This document shows, in pieces, positions 34,725 to 43,824 of a stretch of DNA of 64,000 nucleotides. Made by a program: the position numbers and the translations under genes. The notes beneath the pieces were generated by a model, which made no database searches, was not told the origin of the DNA, and was given only the letters and a program-made list of their open reading frames with translations. Position 1 is the first letter of the stretch; each line of letters begins with the position of its first letter. Source of the stretch: Coriobacteriia bacterium (lineage in GTDB: Bacteria > Actinomycetota > Coriobacteriia > Anaerosomatales > JAAXUF01); NCBI GenBank assembly GCA_013336165.1, contig JAAXUF010000009.1, forward strand, positions 311-64,310, given 5' to 3'.

Positions 34725-34999
34725 TGTCGTCTACCACGCGGGACGGACGGTCGTGGCGGCCGGGCTACATCGATTCGGTGGACTACGACGCGTGCATCGG
34801 CTGTGGCCGTTGTTACAAGGTATGCGGGCAGGGTGTGCTTGCGCCGATCGCCAAGCCCTACGAGGCCGACGACGATGACGAGTACGGTGACGACTTCGGC
34901 AACACGGTCATGAGCATCGCCGATCCGGGCGCGTGCATCGGATGTGGGGCGTGCGCGCGAGTTTGCGCTAAGAAAGCACAGGTACACGTTGCAGCATAG
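34721..34999 (+). CDS. nif-specific 2x[4Fe-4S] ferredoxin III (FdxB-like)
   Basis: CIGCGRCYKVC...acidic DDDDEYGDD linker...CIGCGACARVC, with the W.P.YI..VD..AC N-terminal pattern. Confidence 0.8.
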   Translation: MMSSTTRDGRSWRPGYIDSVDYDACIGCGRCYKVCGQGVLAPIAKPYEADDDDEYGDDFGNTVMSIADPGACIGCGACARVCAKKAQVHVAA

Positions 35000-35050
35000 G
35001 TGTCGAGAAGCAACACACATGTCAAGCGCCACCGGACGGAGGGCATAGAG

Positions 35051-35971
35051 ATGACCGGAGGCATCCCGCACGTAGCTTGCAGCGCTCGGGCAAATGAGCG
35101 GCTGGTAATGGCGAATCATCCGTGCTTTTCGGCGGATGTGCATCGGCGACTGGGTCGGATTCACCTTCCCGTTGCGCCGGAGTGCAACATCCAGTGCGGT
35201 TACTGCATACGCAAATTCGACTGCGTGAACGAGTCTCGCCCCGGAGTGGCGAGCACGATTCTCTCACCGGAGGAGGCGCTCGATCGTATGAGGGCGGTTG
35301 TAGAGCGTGGCGGGGGAGCGATCGCGGCAGTGGGCATCGCGGGACCGGGCGATCCGCTGGCCAACGACGCGACGTTCGAGACGCTTGACCTTGTGCGAGC
35401 GGAATACCCTGAGGCGATTCTGTGCGTGTCGACCAACGGTCTCGCACTGCCCGACCGCCTGCGCGATCTTGTCGCCGCGGGTGTCCGCTCGCTCACTATT
35501 ACCATCAACGCGGTCATGCCCGAGACTGCGGAGATGGTCTACTCCTGGGTCACAGACCCGGCCGGGAAACGGCTGCGAGGTCGGGAAGCTGCTGAGGAGC
35601 TGCTTGACCGGCAGTGGGATGGCCTGCGGCGTGCGGTCGCGGCAGGCCTTGTCGTGAAGGTGAACTCCGTGCTGATTCCGGGAGTCAACGAGGCAGAGCT
35701 TCCGGCGCTCGCGCTGCTAGCTGCCGAGTCGGGCGCGCGTTTGGGCAACATCCTGCCGCTCATTCCGCAGGCGCGCTTCCGTGACGTGATGCCGCCGTCT
35801 CCCTCTCAGATCCATGCTGCGCGCGCGGCGTGCGGCGAATACCTCGCACAAATGACGCACTGCAACCAATGCCGAGCGGATGCGTGCGGGCTCATTGGCC
35901 AAGACCGTGACATGGAAGCCGAAACGCTTATGTCACGGCTGTCGGATGACTATCTCGAAGCCGTGTCGTGA
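35051..35971 (+). CDS. nifB: Radical-SAM FeMo-co biosynthesis protein NifB (SAM domain only, no NifX-like C-terminal domain)
   Basis: HPCFS...GRIHLPVAPECNIQCGYCIRKFDCVNESRPGV. RBS GGAGGG. Confidence 0.9.
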   Translation: MTGGIPHVACSARANERLVMANHPCFSADVHRRLGRIHLPVAPECNIQCGYCIRKFDCVNESRPGVASTILSPEEALDRMRAVVERGGGAIAAVGIAGPGDPLANDATFETLDLVRAEYPEAILCVSTNGLALPDRLRDLVAAGVRSLTITINAVMPETAEMVYSWVTDPAGKRLRGREAAEELLDRQWDGLRRAVAAGLVVKVNSVLIPGVNEAELPALALLAAESGARLGNILPLIPQARFRDVMPPSPSQIHAARAACGEYLAQMTHCNQCRADACGLIGQDRDMEAETLMSRLSDDYLEAVS

Positions 35972-36011
35972 CGTTTTGGACGTCTCGGCGACGATCCTGT
36001 AGGCTACCCTC

Positions 36012-36497
36012 ATGAGCCATCTTCGCCGACAAGACCGCGCCATTACAGACCCTGCTGAGGTTGATCGCATCCTTTCCGCCGGCAGGTTCGTAACCCTCGC
36101 CATGGTCGATGGCGATGAGCCGTACGCCGTGACACTCAGCTACGGCTATGATTGTGAGCGCCACCGGTTGTGCTGCCACGTGGCGCCCATTGGACGCAAG
36201 CTCGACATAGTCGCGGCCAATTCGCGCGTTTGCGCTACGGTAGTCGAAGACCTCGGCTATTTGGCCGGCGAGTGCGCCCATCCGTTCGCCTCGGTCGTTC
36301 TCACCGGCATGGCGCGCGTACTCGAGGATCCCGACGATGTCCGCCTCGCGATGCGCACACTCATCGGTCAGCTTGAGTCCGCCGAGGATGCGGCTGCGGT
36401 TTGGGAGCGAAACCACCTCGACGCCGACGCTGTCTATACACGTTTTCGGGTGCTTGTGATCGATATCGGCACCGTGTCTGCAAAACGCGGCCAGTGA
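36012..36497 (+). CDS. Pyridoxamine 5'-phosphate oxidase-fold flavoprotein (NimA-like)
   Basis: MSHLRRQDRAITD..E...IL......TLAMVDGDEPY.V.LSYGYD pattern. Confidence 0.75.
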   Translation: MSHLRRQDRAITDPAEVDRILSAGRFVTLAMVDGDEPYAVTLSYGYDCERHRLCCHVAPIGRKLDIVAANSRVCATVVEDLGYLAGECAHPFASVVLTGMARVLEDPDDVRLAMRTLIGQLESAEDAAAVWERNHLDADAVYTRFRVLVIDIGTVSAKRGQ

Positions 36498-36578
36498 CGC
36501 GGCGTTTTCCGGCCGGTTGCGGGAACACTCTCTCTGAGCGTCTGTAACACCACGGGCGCAGGTGCAGGGGAGGCGTGT

Positions 36579-36806
36579 GTGGACAAGTCAGGGGCGGCAT
36601 CCGCCTGTATCTGTCCTTCGTGTCCGACCTATGTCGACTGCGACAAGCGGCTTGCATTCTGCGTCGAAGATGATGAAGAGAGTCGTTGTATCGTCACCGA
36701 GCGGGGTTGCATGTGCGGAAGCTGCCCCGTTGAAGCGGAGATGGGTTTCATGCTCGCCTATTACTGTACCTTGGGGGGAGACAGCGCTCGAGAACGGGTA
36801 CGATAG
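36579..36806 (+). CDS. DUF2769 Cys-rich small protein
   Basis: CICPSCPTY..C......FC.......C......C.CGSCPV is the DUF2769 signature. GTG start with GGGGAGG upstream. Confidence 0.7.
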   Translation: MDKSGAASACICPSCPTYVDCDKRLAFCVEDDEESRCIVTERGCMCGSCPVEAEMGFMLAYYCTLGGDSARERVR

Positions 36807-36849
36807 TGCCACGTGATCTAATGCTCACCCAAAAACGTAGGAGGACGGC

Positions 36850-37554
36850 GTGGCCACAGCAGTCGATCGTCAGCACTACGCACTGCAGACCATCTTCTCG
36901 TTCTTTCTCGGCCTCATGGTTCTCGCGGTAGTTGGCGTTGGAGTCAACACGTTCTATCCGTCGCCTGATGAGAAGTACAACACGCAGATCCAACAGTTGT
37001 ATCGCGATCAGGAGGCCTTCAACCTGAAATCATCAGGCGGGGCGTCGCTGAGTGCCGAGGACCAGGCCAAGGTTCAGGCAATCCAGAGGCAGATCGACGA
37101 CCTTACCAACAAACAGCAGGCCGAAATGAAGGACTGGGCACGCGGCACGAGCATCATCCTCGTGCTGTTTGCGACCCTGGTGATGGGAGTCTCTCTGGTT
37201 CGGAGCGAACAGCTGCGCGTGATCTCAAACGGACTACTGCTCGGCGGGTTGTTCACGATGGTGTACGGATCGGGTTGGACTATCTTCTCGGGGAACTCGG
37301 TCACGCGGTTTATCGTCATCGTTTTCGCGCTCGTAGTGACGCTGGGTTTGGGCTATGCGAAGTTCGTGTACGGACGCAAGCTTGCACGGGAGGACGCGAT
37401 CACGGTTGCGTCCTCGGCCGGGGTGGGTGCGGCTGGGCCATCCGACGTTTTTGATGGCCTTGCGGGACGCGTTACCCAACTGGAAGAGCGTCTCAACGCC
37501 GTCGCCGCCGCTCTCGGAACTTCGAATCTCGGACGCGAAAAGCATCCGGAGTGA
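36850..37554 (+). CDS. Hypothetical membrane protein with coiled-coil segment
   Basis: RBS AGGAGG. One transmembrane helix, a Gln-rich coiled coil, three further transmembrane helices and a C-terminal amphipathic region. Confidence 0.6.
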   Translation: MATAVDRQHYALQTIFSFFLGLMVLAVVGVGVNTFYPSPDEKYNTQIQQLYRDQEAFNLKSSGGASLSAEDQAKVQAIQRQIDDLTNKQQAEMKDWARGTSIILVLFATLVMGVSLVRSEQLRVISNGLLLGGLFTMVYGSGWTIFSGNSVTRFIVIVFALVVTLGLGYAKFVYGRKLAREDAITVASSAGVGAAGPSDVFDGLAGRVTQLEERLNAVAAALGTSNLGREKHPE

Positions 37555-37573
37555 CCACAACTCGCGGTGCGTG

Positions 37574-38002
37574 CTACCCCTCATCGGCGAAGCACTCCGA
37601 ATAGCTTGAGCACGCGCTGCAACTTGGCGCCTTGCACGTGTTGAACCCGCCCCAACGGCAGAGCCGCCGGTAGATGAATTTCTTCCAGCGCATATCCATG
37701 ATGTTGTCGTGGGCAAACGGCTCGAAGCACGTTTCGAGAAGGATTCGCAACTCCTGCCGGTTAGCGAGTTCCAGATCGCGCCATAGATGCTGTTCGCCGA
37801 GACACCCCGCGGCGACAGCTCGAGCTACGGCGTCAGTCACTACCGGGTCGAAACCGGGCGTCGCCTCGGCCAGCAGCATCATGCGGATCGCGTCAAACTC
37901 GGCTTGCCGTTCGGCCGTCGCAAACCGTGATTCCGGGCCACTGGGGCCCGTGATAAGAGCGATCGCAGCGTCCACGGCAGAGCTTCTGTTGCAAGGCGTC
38001 AC
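37574..38002 (-). CDS. nifQ: NifQ (molybdenum donor for FeMo-co synthesis)
   Basis: HLWRDL.L..R.EL..L....F.....N...MRWKKF.YR.LC, plus the C-terminal Cys cluster CKAPSCSACSSYSEC. Start is 2 nt after the nifA stop codon. Confidence 0.8.
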   Translation of the reverse strand: MTPCNRSSAVDAAIALITGPSGPESRFATAERQAEFDAIRMMLLAEATPGFDPVVTDAVARAVAAGCLGEQHLWRDLELANRQELRILLETCFEPFAHDNIMDMRWKKFIYRRLCRWGGFNTCKAPSCSACSSYSECFADEG

Positions 38003-38004
38003 GG

Positions 38005-39537
38005 CTAGGCTCCTTCCAGGTCGTACTTGCGCATCTTGTACGCCAATTGGCGTGGTGTGATTCCCAGCTCACGGGCCGCACGAGCCTGTACGTAGGTATG
38101 TCGGCGCAGTGCGATGAGAATGCGACGGCGTTCGAGGGCTTCTATCTCCTCGTTTAACGAAAGCCCATCTCCGCCCTCGTCGGCCATGTCATGCAGCAGC
38201 AGGTGCTTTGGCAGATCGCGAGGGTGGATTGTGTCCGTCTCGGCTAGGACCACCAGACGGTGCAGTGTGTTCTCGAGTTCGCGGATGTTGCCCGGCCATC
38301 CATATTCTAAGAGGATGTGCATGGTCTCGCGTGTGAGCTCAATGGTGCTTCCGGTCGCTTGGGAGAAGCGGTTCAGGAAATGCTCGATGAGCAGCGGGAG
38401 GTCTTCTCGGCGATCACGCAGTGCAGGCAGGAAGATCGGGACGACGTTCAGGCGCCAGTACAGGTCCTCGCGAAACTCTCCGCTGCGCATCATCTGCTCG
38501 AGGTTGCGGTTCGTGGCGCTGACGATCCGGGCATCGCTTGTGAGAGTCTTTGTGCCGCCGAGCCGCTCGAATGTCCTTTCCTGCAGCACGCGCAGGAGCT
38601 TGGCCTGCAGAGAGGGAGGGACGTCGCCTATCTCGTCGAGGAAGATGGTGCCGCCTCGTGCGAGTTCGAAGCGGCCCTGTTTGCTTGAGATAGCGCCGGT
38701 GAAAGCGCCCTTCTCGTAGCCGAACAGCTCCGCCTCCAGCAGGTTTTCCGGGAGAGCAGCGCAGTTGATCGCCACAAACGGACCCTTGGGCTTGAGTCCC
38801 TGGTAGTGAAGCGCGTGGGCGATCAGTTCCTTACCAGTGCCGCTTTCGCCACGCAGAAGCACCGTGGCCTGTGAGCGCGCCACCTTCGACGCGATTCTGA
38901 ACACCTCCTGCATGGCATCGGAGTCGCCGATGATGTTGGGCAGCGAGTACCGCCCGCGCAACTCACCTCGGAGCCGGTCGCGATCCTCCACTTCGTGCTG
39001 GTAGATCCAGTACAGCCGAACCGCATGCGCAATGATCGAGGCCACAATCTCGAGCACACGGATGTTTTCTTCGAGGGACACATCTTCATCGGCGAATACG
39101 CGATCAGCCGAGAGCACCCCCAATACGCTCCCGCGAAGCACAATCGGAACAGAGATGAAGCCGATGTCGGCCCGCTCCGGTCTGGAGCCGGTGCGGTTCA
39201 GAAAGAGGGGCTCCTGGCCGACGTTGGGGATCGCCATCGTCTTGCCGCTCGACGCGACCTGGCCCACCACACCCTCGCCGGTGCGGTAGACCCCACGCGC
39301 GATTTCGGCACGCGTGAGTCCGTGAGCCGCCGCAATCCTGAGTTCGCGGGTCTCGGGATGGATGAGCGCCACGGTTGCGCGGGAAAGACCCAGGCCTTGA
39401 GAGAGGACTCGCATGGATCGCCTGAGATTGCGATCGATGTCGAAGCTCGACGCCATGGCTTGGCTGACGTCGAGCAGCACCGCGAGTTCAACGGTTCCCA
39501 CTGTGGCGTTGGACGAAGGATCTGCTACATTCATCAT
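38005..39537 (-). CDS. nifA: sigma54-dependent transcriptional activator NifA (GAF - AAA+ - HTH)
   Basis: GAF domain ending in IPNVGQEPLFLNRTG. GESGTGKE Walker A. ELFGYEKGAFTGA. C-terminal HTH ARELGITPRQLAYKMRKY. Start taken at MMNVADP because the longer track ORF runs into the csp promoter. Confidence 0.85.
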   Translation of the reverse strand: MMNVADPSSNATVGTVELAVLLDVSQAMASSFDIDRNLRRSMRVLSQGLGLSRATVALIHPETRELRIAAAHGLTRAEIARGVYRTGEGVVGQVASSGKTMAIPNVGQEPLFLNRTGSRPERADIGFISVPIVLRGSVLGVLSADRVFADEDVSLEENIRVLEIVASIIAHAVRLYWIYQHEVEDRDRLRGELRGRYSLPNIIGDSDAMQEVFRIASKVARSQATVLLRGESGTGKELIAHALHYQGLKPKGPFVAINCAALPENLLEAELFGYEKGAFTGAISSKQGRFELARGGTIFLDEIGDVPPSLQAKLLRVLQERTFERLGGTKTLTSDARIVSATNRNLEQMMRSGEFREDLYWRLNVVPIFLPALRDRREDLPLLIEHFLNRFSQATGSTIELTRETMHILLEYGWPGNIRELENTLHRLVVLAETDTIHPRDLPKHLLLHDMADEGGDGLSLNEEIEALERRRILIALRRHTYVQARAARELGITPRQLAYKMRKYDLEGA

Positions 39538-39605
39538 TGGCTTAGTGAAACACGGCTCTGTTTCGGGACCATGAAATATAGGTTGCGCGTCATCGGCGAG
39601 TCGTG

Positions 39606-39614
39606 TGCTATACT
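39606..39614 (+). promoter_or_regulatory. Candidate extended -10 promoter element for csp
   Basis: TGC-TATACT. This would give a 5' UTR of about 105 nt, as is usual for cold-shock genes. No well-spaced -35 element. Confidence 0.3.
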
Positions 39615-39724
39615 CTCCGCAGGATCCGAAGGGGATCCAGTTTCGCGGCGTGGCGTTTCGCGCAGATTGCGGAATGTTGCGTCGCTTTGTTTTTTGCCCT
39701 GCGGGGCAGGAGAGTGAGTTTAGA

Positions 39725-39928
39725 ATGGCTGAAGGTACAGTTAAGTGGTTCAACGCTGACAAGGGCTATGGCTTCATCTCGCGTACGGATGGCGACGATC
39801 TGTTCGTCCATTTTTCCGAGATCCAGACCAGCGGCTTCAAGACCCTCGAAGAGGGCCAGGCCGTTTCGTTCGAGGTCACCACTGGCCAGAACGGCAAGCT
39901 GCAGGCCACCAAGGTCTACGCCAAGTAG
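39725..39928 (+). CDS. cspA: Cold-shock protein (CspA family)
   Basis: [15 protein letters not shown]....[12 protein letters not shown]1/RNP2 motifs. 67 aa. Confidence 0.95.
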   Translation: MAEGTVKWFNADKGYGFISRTDGDDLFVHFSEIQTSGFKTLEEGQAVSFEVTTGQNGKLQATKVYAK

Positions 39929-39955
39929 TCTAACGGCTTCATAGCAAACGTTCAG

Positions 39956-39986
39956 AAGAGCGGCCCTCAAAAGGGGCCGTTCTTTT
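39956..39986 (+). terminator. Rho-independent terminator after csp
   Basis: AAGAGCGGCCC / GGGCCGTTCTT stem with TTC after it. Confidence 0.7.
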
Positions 39987-40045
39987 CGCGTTGTTGGGCA
40001 TATACCGTGAGACCCAATGACGAGACCATGGGAGGGGCTTCAAAC

Positions 40046-40414
40046 ATGGAAGGCTACATCGAAGTGCCGCTGGCGGCACCCTTGGTCGAAGGTACGATGA
40101 CATCCGTAGAGGTCGAAGACCACGAGCTGCTTGTAGCGCTGGTCGGGGGGCGCTACTACATCTCCGACGCTCGCTGCCCGCATCTCCACGGCCATCTGGC
40201 AAAGGGCGTCTTGGACGGCACGGTTGTGACATGCCCCCTCCATCACTCGCAGTTCGATCTTTCGGACGGCCATGTAGTGCGCTGGACCGACTGGACGGGT
40301 GCCGTGCTCGGCATCTCTGAACTGGTCAGGCACCCTCGGCCTCTGCGCACCTATGAGGTCGCGGTTGAAGCCGGTCGTGTGCTCGTCGGTCCCGAGAAGC
40401 CGCCGGTCCCGTGA
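40046..40414 (+). CDS. Rieske [2Fe-2S] domain protein
   Basis: CPHLHGHL...CPLHHSQF ligand motifs. RBS GGAGGGG. Confidence 0.85.
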   Translation: MEGYIEVPLAAPLVEGTMTSVEVEDHELLVALVGGRYYISDARCPHLHGHLAKGVLDGTVVTCPLHHSQFDLSDGHVVRWTDWTGAVLGISELVRHPRPLRTYEVAVEAGRVLVGPEKPPVP

Positions 40415-40442
40415 GCCGAGGTAGACAAGCTATACTGGCCTC

Positions 40443-41348
40443 ATGCAGTCTCAACCCATTGGTATCTTCGATTCCGGTCTCGGCGGTCTGACGGTCGCGC
40501 GCGAAATCGCGCGCGCGCTGCCGCACGAGTCGCTCGTCTATCTTGGTGACACTGCGCGATACCCGTATGGCCCGCGCGACTTGGCCGAGGTGCGGCGGTT
40601 TGTGCTTGAGATTGGCGCGTGGCTGGAACGCCGCCAAGTCAAGATGCTGGTCATCGCATGCAACACCGCAACCGCTGCCGGGCTCGAATTGGCTCAACGG
40701 TCGTTCTCGGTGCCTGTGATCGGAGTCATCGAGCCGGGTGCGCGGGCGGCGGTGCAGGCTACCAGGAACCGCCGAGTCGGAGTGATCGGCACGGTCGGCA
40801 CCATTGAGTCGGGCGCGTACAGCCGCGCGGTGCGTGCGCTCGACGCCGGTGTGACCGTCTTCAGTGTGGCGGCTCCGCGTTTTGTCGACATCGTCGAAGA
40901 AGGCTTGCGGCTCGATGTGGGCGCTGTCGAGGGGCTGATGGCGGACTCGGCCGACGTGTTCGTCCGTCCGGCGTTCCACGCGATTGCTCGTCAGTACCTC
41001 GATCCGTTGAAACGCACCGGGATCGACACCCTCGCGCTCGGCTGCACGCATTTTCCGCTGCTTTCGGCGGCGATCGGGTCCGTGGTAGGACCGCGCGTAC
41101 GCATCATCTCGTCGGCCGAGGAGACGGCACGCGAGGTGGCCGAGACGCTCCTGCGCCGTGACCAGCTGACGCTGGCCGATGGCCGTCCGCCTCGGCACCT
41201 GTTTGCCACCACAGGCGACGTGCAGGAGTTCGAGCAGCTGGGCTCGCGGGTGTTCGGCGCGCCAATCGGCGAGGTCGAGCATGTCGCGCTCGAGCAGCTG
41301 GCTGCGGGAGCGGCCGAGGGAACGGCGAAAGAGGGCTCATGCGACTGA
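40443..41348 (+). CDS. murI: Glutamate racemase MurI
   Basis: IGIFDSGLGGLTV, LVIACNTA and LGCTHFPLL. Confidence 0.95.
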   Translation: MQSQPIGIFDSGLGGLTVAREIARALPHESLVYLGDTARYPYGPRDLAEVRRFVLEIGAWLERRQVKMLVIACNTATAAGLELAQRSFSVPVIGVIEPGARAAVQATRNRRVGVIGTVGTIESGAYSRAVRALDAGVTVFSVAAPRFVDIVEEGLRLDVGAVEGLMADSADVFVRPAFHAIARQYLDPLKRTGIDTLALGCTHFPLLSAAIGSVVGPRVRIISSAEETAREVAETLLRRDQLTLADGRPPRHLFATTGDVQEFEQLGSRVFGAPIGEVEHVALEQLAAGAAEGTAKEGSCD

Positions 41349-42109
41349 CGGTACTCGGCTCGGCGGCGAGCTACGCGGGACCCGGTCAGGCGTGCACGGG
41401 GCACTATCTCGAGGCGGGTGGGGCTCGGGTGCTGCTGGACTGCGGCAACGGAGTGCTTTCGAACCTCGGGAAGGTGACCGATCCCCTCGCGCTCGATGCA
41501 GTCTTTGTCACGCACGCTCACCCTGACCATTTCGCTGATCTCTACGCACTGAACTCCCTCCTCCGTTATGCCCCCGAGGGTCCACGGCCTCCGCTCGCGC
41601 TCTACATGCCCGAGGGACTGTGGGAGGCGCTCTGCGGCCCCGTCAACACGCGCATCGCTACCGATCTGGCTCTCGCGTTTGTGCCGGTGCTGCTTGTCGA
41701 TGGCGAGAGCGTGGCTGTCGGCGATCTGACGATCACACCGCGCCGAGTCGACCACATCGAGCCTACGTATGCGCTGGTGGCCGAGGCCGACGGTGCCAGG
41801 CTGGTCTACACCGCTGACACGGCGCCCGGCCCCGCTGCGTTCGCCGTATCGCTGGGCGCCGATCTGCTGCTCGCCGAGGCGACGTTTCCGGAGGCCTATG
41901 CCGGGTTTGGGCCGCACATGACGGCATCGCAGGCGGGGGCGCTCGCTCGAGACGCAGGCGTGAGAGCGCTCGTGCTTGCCCACGTGTGGCCGACAAACGA
42001 CCGCGCGGCGATGGTGACTTATGCTGCCGCGGTATTCGACGGCCCGGTGGTCGTCGCGAACGAACTGGATGTGTTCGAGATCTCGCCTGTGGGCGGAAAG
42101 GACGACTAG
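41339..42109 (+). CDS. MBL-fold metallo-hydrolase
   Basis: FVTHAHPDH motif. Occupies the same position as the MBL gene between murI and rph in mycobacteria. Confidence 0.85.
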   Translation: MRLTVLGSAASYAGPGQACTGHYLEAGGARVLLDCGNGVLSNLGKVTDPLALDAVFVTHAHPDHFADLYALNSLLRYAPEGPRPPLALYMPEGLWEALCGPVNTRIATDLALAFVPVLLVDGESVAVGDLTITPRRVDHIEPTYALVAEADGARLVYTADTAPGPAAFAVSLGADLLLAEATFPEAYAGFGPHMTASQAGALARDAGVRALVLAHVWPTNDRAAMVTYAAAVFDGPVVVANELDVFEISPVGGKDD

Positions 42110-42856
42110 ATGACGAACCGACTTGAAGGCCGCGCGCCCGATGCGCTGCGCCCTGTGCGGATCACGCGCCGCTACCTGAAGCACGCGATGGGGAGCTGCA
42201 TCTTCGAGCTCGGCGACACGCGCGTGCTGTGCGTGGCGTCGATCCAGGAGGGCGTCTCGTCGTGGAGGCGCGGCAGCGGGCTTGGATGGGTGACGGCGGA
42301 GTACGCGATGCTGCCGGCGGCCACGCACACCCGCTCACGCCGCGAGAGCTCCTCCGGCGGCCCCAAAGGCCGCACGCAGGAGATCCAGCGCCTGGTGGGC
42401 CGCTCGCTGCGCTCCGCAGTCGACATGGGCGCTCTCGGTGGCGAAGTGACGGTGACCGTGGACTGTGACGTCCTGCAGGCCGACGGCGGTACTCGAACCG
42501 CGTCGATCACCGGCGCATACATCGCGCTTCACGACGCGTTCTCGGAGTGGATGGCGGCTGGCAAGATCGCGCGCCTGCCGTTTCTGGAGCAGATCGCCGC
42601 CACAAGTGTGGGCATGGTCGACGGCACGCTCCTGCTCGACCTCGAGTATGCTGAGGACTCCATTGCCGAGGTCGACATGAACGTCGTCATGGACGGCCGC
42701 GGGCGCTTCATCGAGGTGCAAGGCACCGGCGAGCAGACGCCGTTCGACCGCAAGCGCCTCGACGCGATGCTCGATCTGGCCACCGGAGGGATCGGGCGGC
42801 TGCTGGAGATCCAGCAGCACGTTCTTTCGGAGGACCTGGATGTCTACGAATCCTGA
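42110..42856 (+). CDS. rph: Ribonuclease PH
   Basis: GR....LRP........K.A.GS......T.VLC.AS, ...GWVTAEY.MLP..T..R and DCDVLQADGGTRTASITGA. Confidence 0.95.
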   Translation: MTNRLEGRAPDALRPVRITRRYLKHAMGSCIFELGDTRVLCVASIQEGVSSWRRGSGLGWVTAEYAMLPAATHTRSRRESSSGGPKGRTQEIQRLVGRSLRSAVDMGALGGEVTVTVDCDVLQADGGTRTASITGAYIALHDAFSEWMAAGKIARLPFLEQIAATSVGMVDGTLLLDLEYAEDSIAEVDMNVVMDGRGRFIEVQGTGEQTPFDRKRLDAMLDLATGGIGRLLEIQQHVLSEDLDVYES

Positions 42857-43460
42857 CGGCTCCACGCTAACGGTCGTCGTCGCCACATCGAATCGCGGCA
42901 AGCTTACCGAGATCCGCTCGGCACTGAACTTCGAGGGCTGGCGCTTCGTCTCCGCCGACGAGCTCTCCGATGAGTGGCCAAGTCCCGACGAGACCGGCAC
43001 CACCTTTGAGGACAACGCGCGCATCAAGGCCCGGGCGGCGTTCGAGCGCTTCGGCATGCCGGCGCTCGCAGACGATTCCGGTCTCGAAGTCGACGCGCTC
43101 GGCGGCGAGCCCGGCGTCTACTCAAGCCGCTATGCCGGCGAGTGCGCCGCCGATGCCAAGAACAACGCGCGCCTGCTCCTCGCGCTCAAGGAGGTTCCCG
43201 CAGCCGAGAGGAGCGCTCGCTTCCGGTGCACGATGGTGCTCGTGGAGGACGACGGATCAGAGGTCGTCGCGAACGGAACCTGCGAGGGGAAGATTGGCTT
43301 TCAGCTACGTGGGGACGGCGGTTTTGGCTACGACCCGCTCTTTCTGCCCGACGCCATCCCCGGTCACACCATGGCCGAGCTTTCACTCGCCGAGAAGAGC
43401 GCTATCAGTCACCGCGGGGCGGCGTTGCGCGATCTGCGCGCCAAGCTCAAGCGCGGCTGA
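42840..43460 (+). CDS. rdgB: Non-canonical purine NTP pyrophosphatase RdgB (ITPase)
   Basis: VVATSN.GK..E, DDSGLEVDALGG.PGVYS.RYAG, GFGYDP.F and SHRG.A. Confidence 0.95.
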   Translation: MSTNPDGSTLTVVVATSNRGKLTEIRSALNFEGWRFVSADELSDEWPSPDETGTTFEDNARIKARAAFERFGMPALADDSGLEVDALGGEPGVYSSRYAGECAADAKNNARLLLALKEVPAAERSARFRCTMVLVEDDGSEVVANGTCEGKIGFQLRGDGGFGYDPLFLPDAIPGHTMAELSLAEKSAISHRGAALRDLRAKLKRG

Positions 43461-43533
43461 GACCGCGGCGATTCTCCTGTTGGGAATGGTATGCTGCGCC
43501 GATAGGAAAATCGGCAGGAAGACGGGTCGAAGC

Positions 43534-43749
43534 ATGTTCGTGAAGTTCACCGATAAGCGCGGGCAGTCTTGGACTGTCAACCTGGATCATGTGGTCTCGG
43601 TACTCCACGACGGTGATACGCATCTGCTGACGCTTTCGAGCGGGCAGGAGATTGCTGTCGGCGCTGAAGCGGTTCCAATGCTGGTGGTGTCGGGAGACCC
43701 CCGGAAGATCGGCTACCAGATAGCCATGGGGATGTTTGGCGTCAACTAG
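43534..43749 (+). CDS. Hypothetical small protein (71 aa)
   Basis: ATG-initiated tail of a longer out-of-frame track ORF. Plausible composition, no family recognised. Confidence 0.35.
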   Translation: MFVKFTDKRGQSWTVNLDHVVSVLHDGDTHLLTLSSGQEIAVGAEAVPMLVVSGDPRKIGYQIAMGMFGVN

Positions 43750-43752
43750 CAT

Positions 43753-43781
43753 TTGCCCCTGAGCAGCCCTCTCCCTATACT
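43753..43781 (+). promoter_or_regulatory. Candidate sigma70-type promoter for tRNA-Pro
   Basis: TTGCCC-N17-TATACT, 44 nt upstream of the tRNA 5' end. Confidence 0.45.
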
Positions 43782-43824
43782 GTTCGATGCTCGCCTCGCC
43801 AAGAGGTCGGCGGTTTGGGCAATT

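Noticed and set aside
39583-39614. Full sigma70 promoter TTGCGC...TATACT for csp
   Set aside because: The spacer is 20 nt, which is too long. Only the extended -10 (TGCTATACT) is reported, at low confidence.
42970-43533. 259-aa ORF overlapping rdgB out of frame
   Set aside because: It is Arg/Ser/Pro-rich and overlaps a well-supported gene. Only the last 71 codons (43534-43749) are retained, at low confidence.
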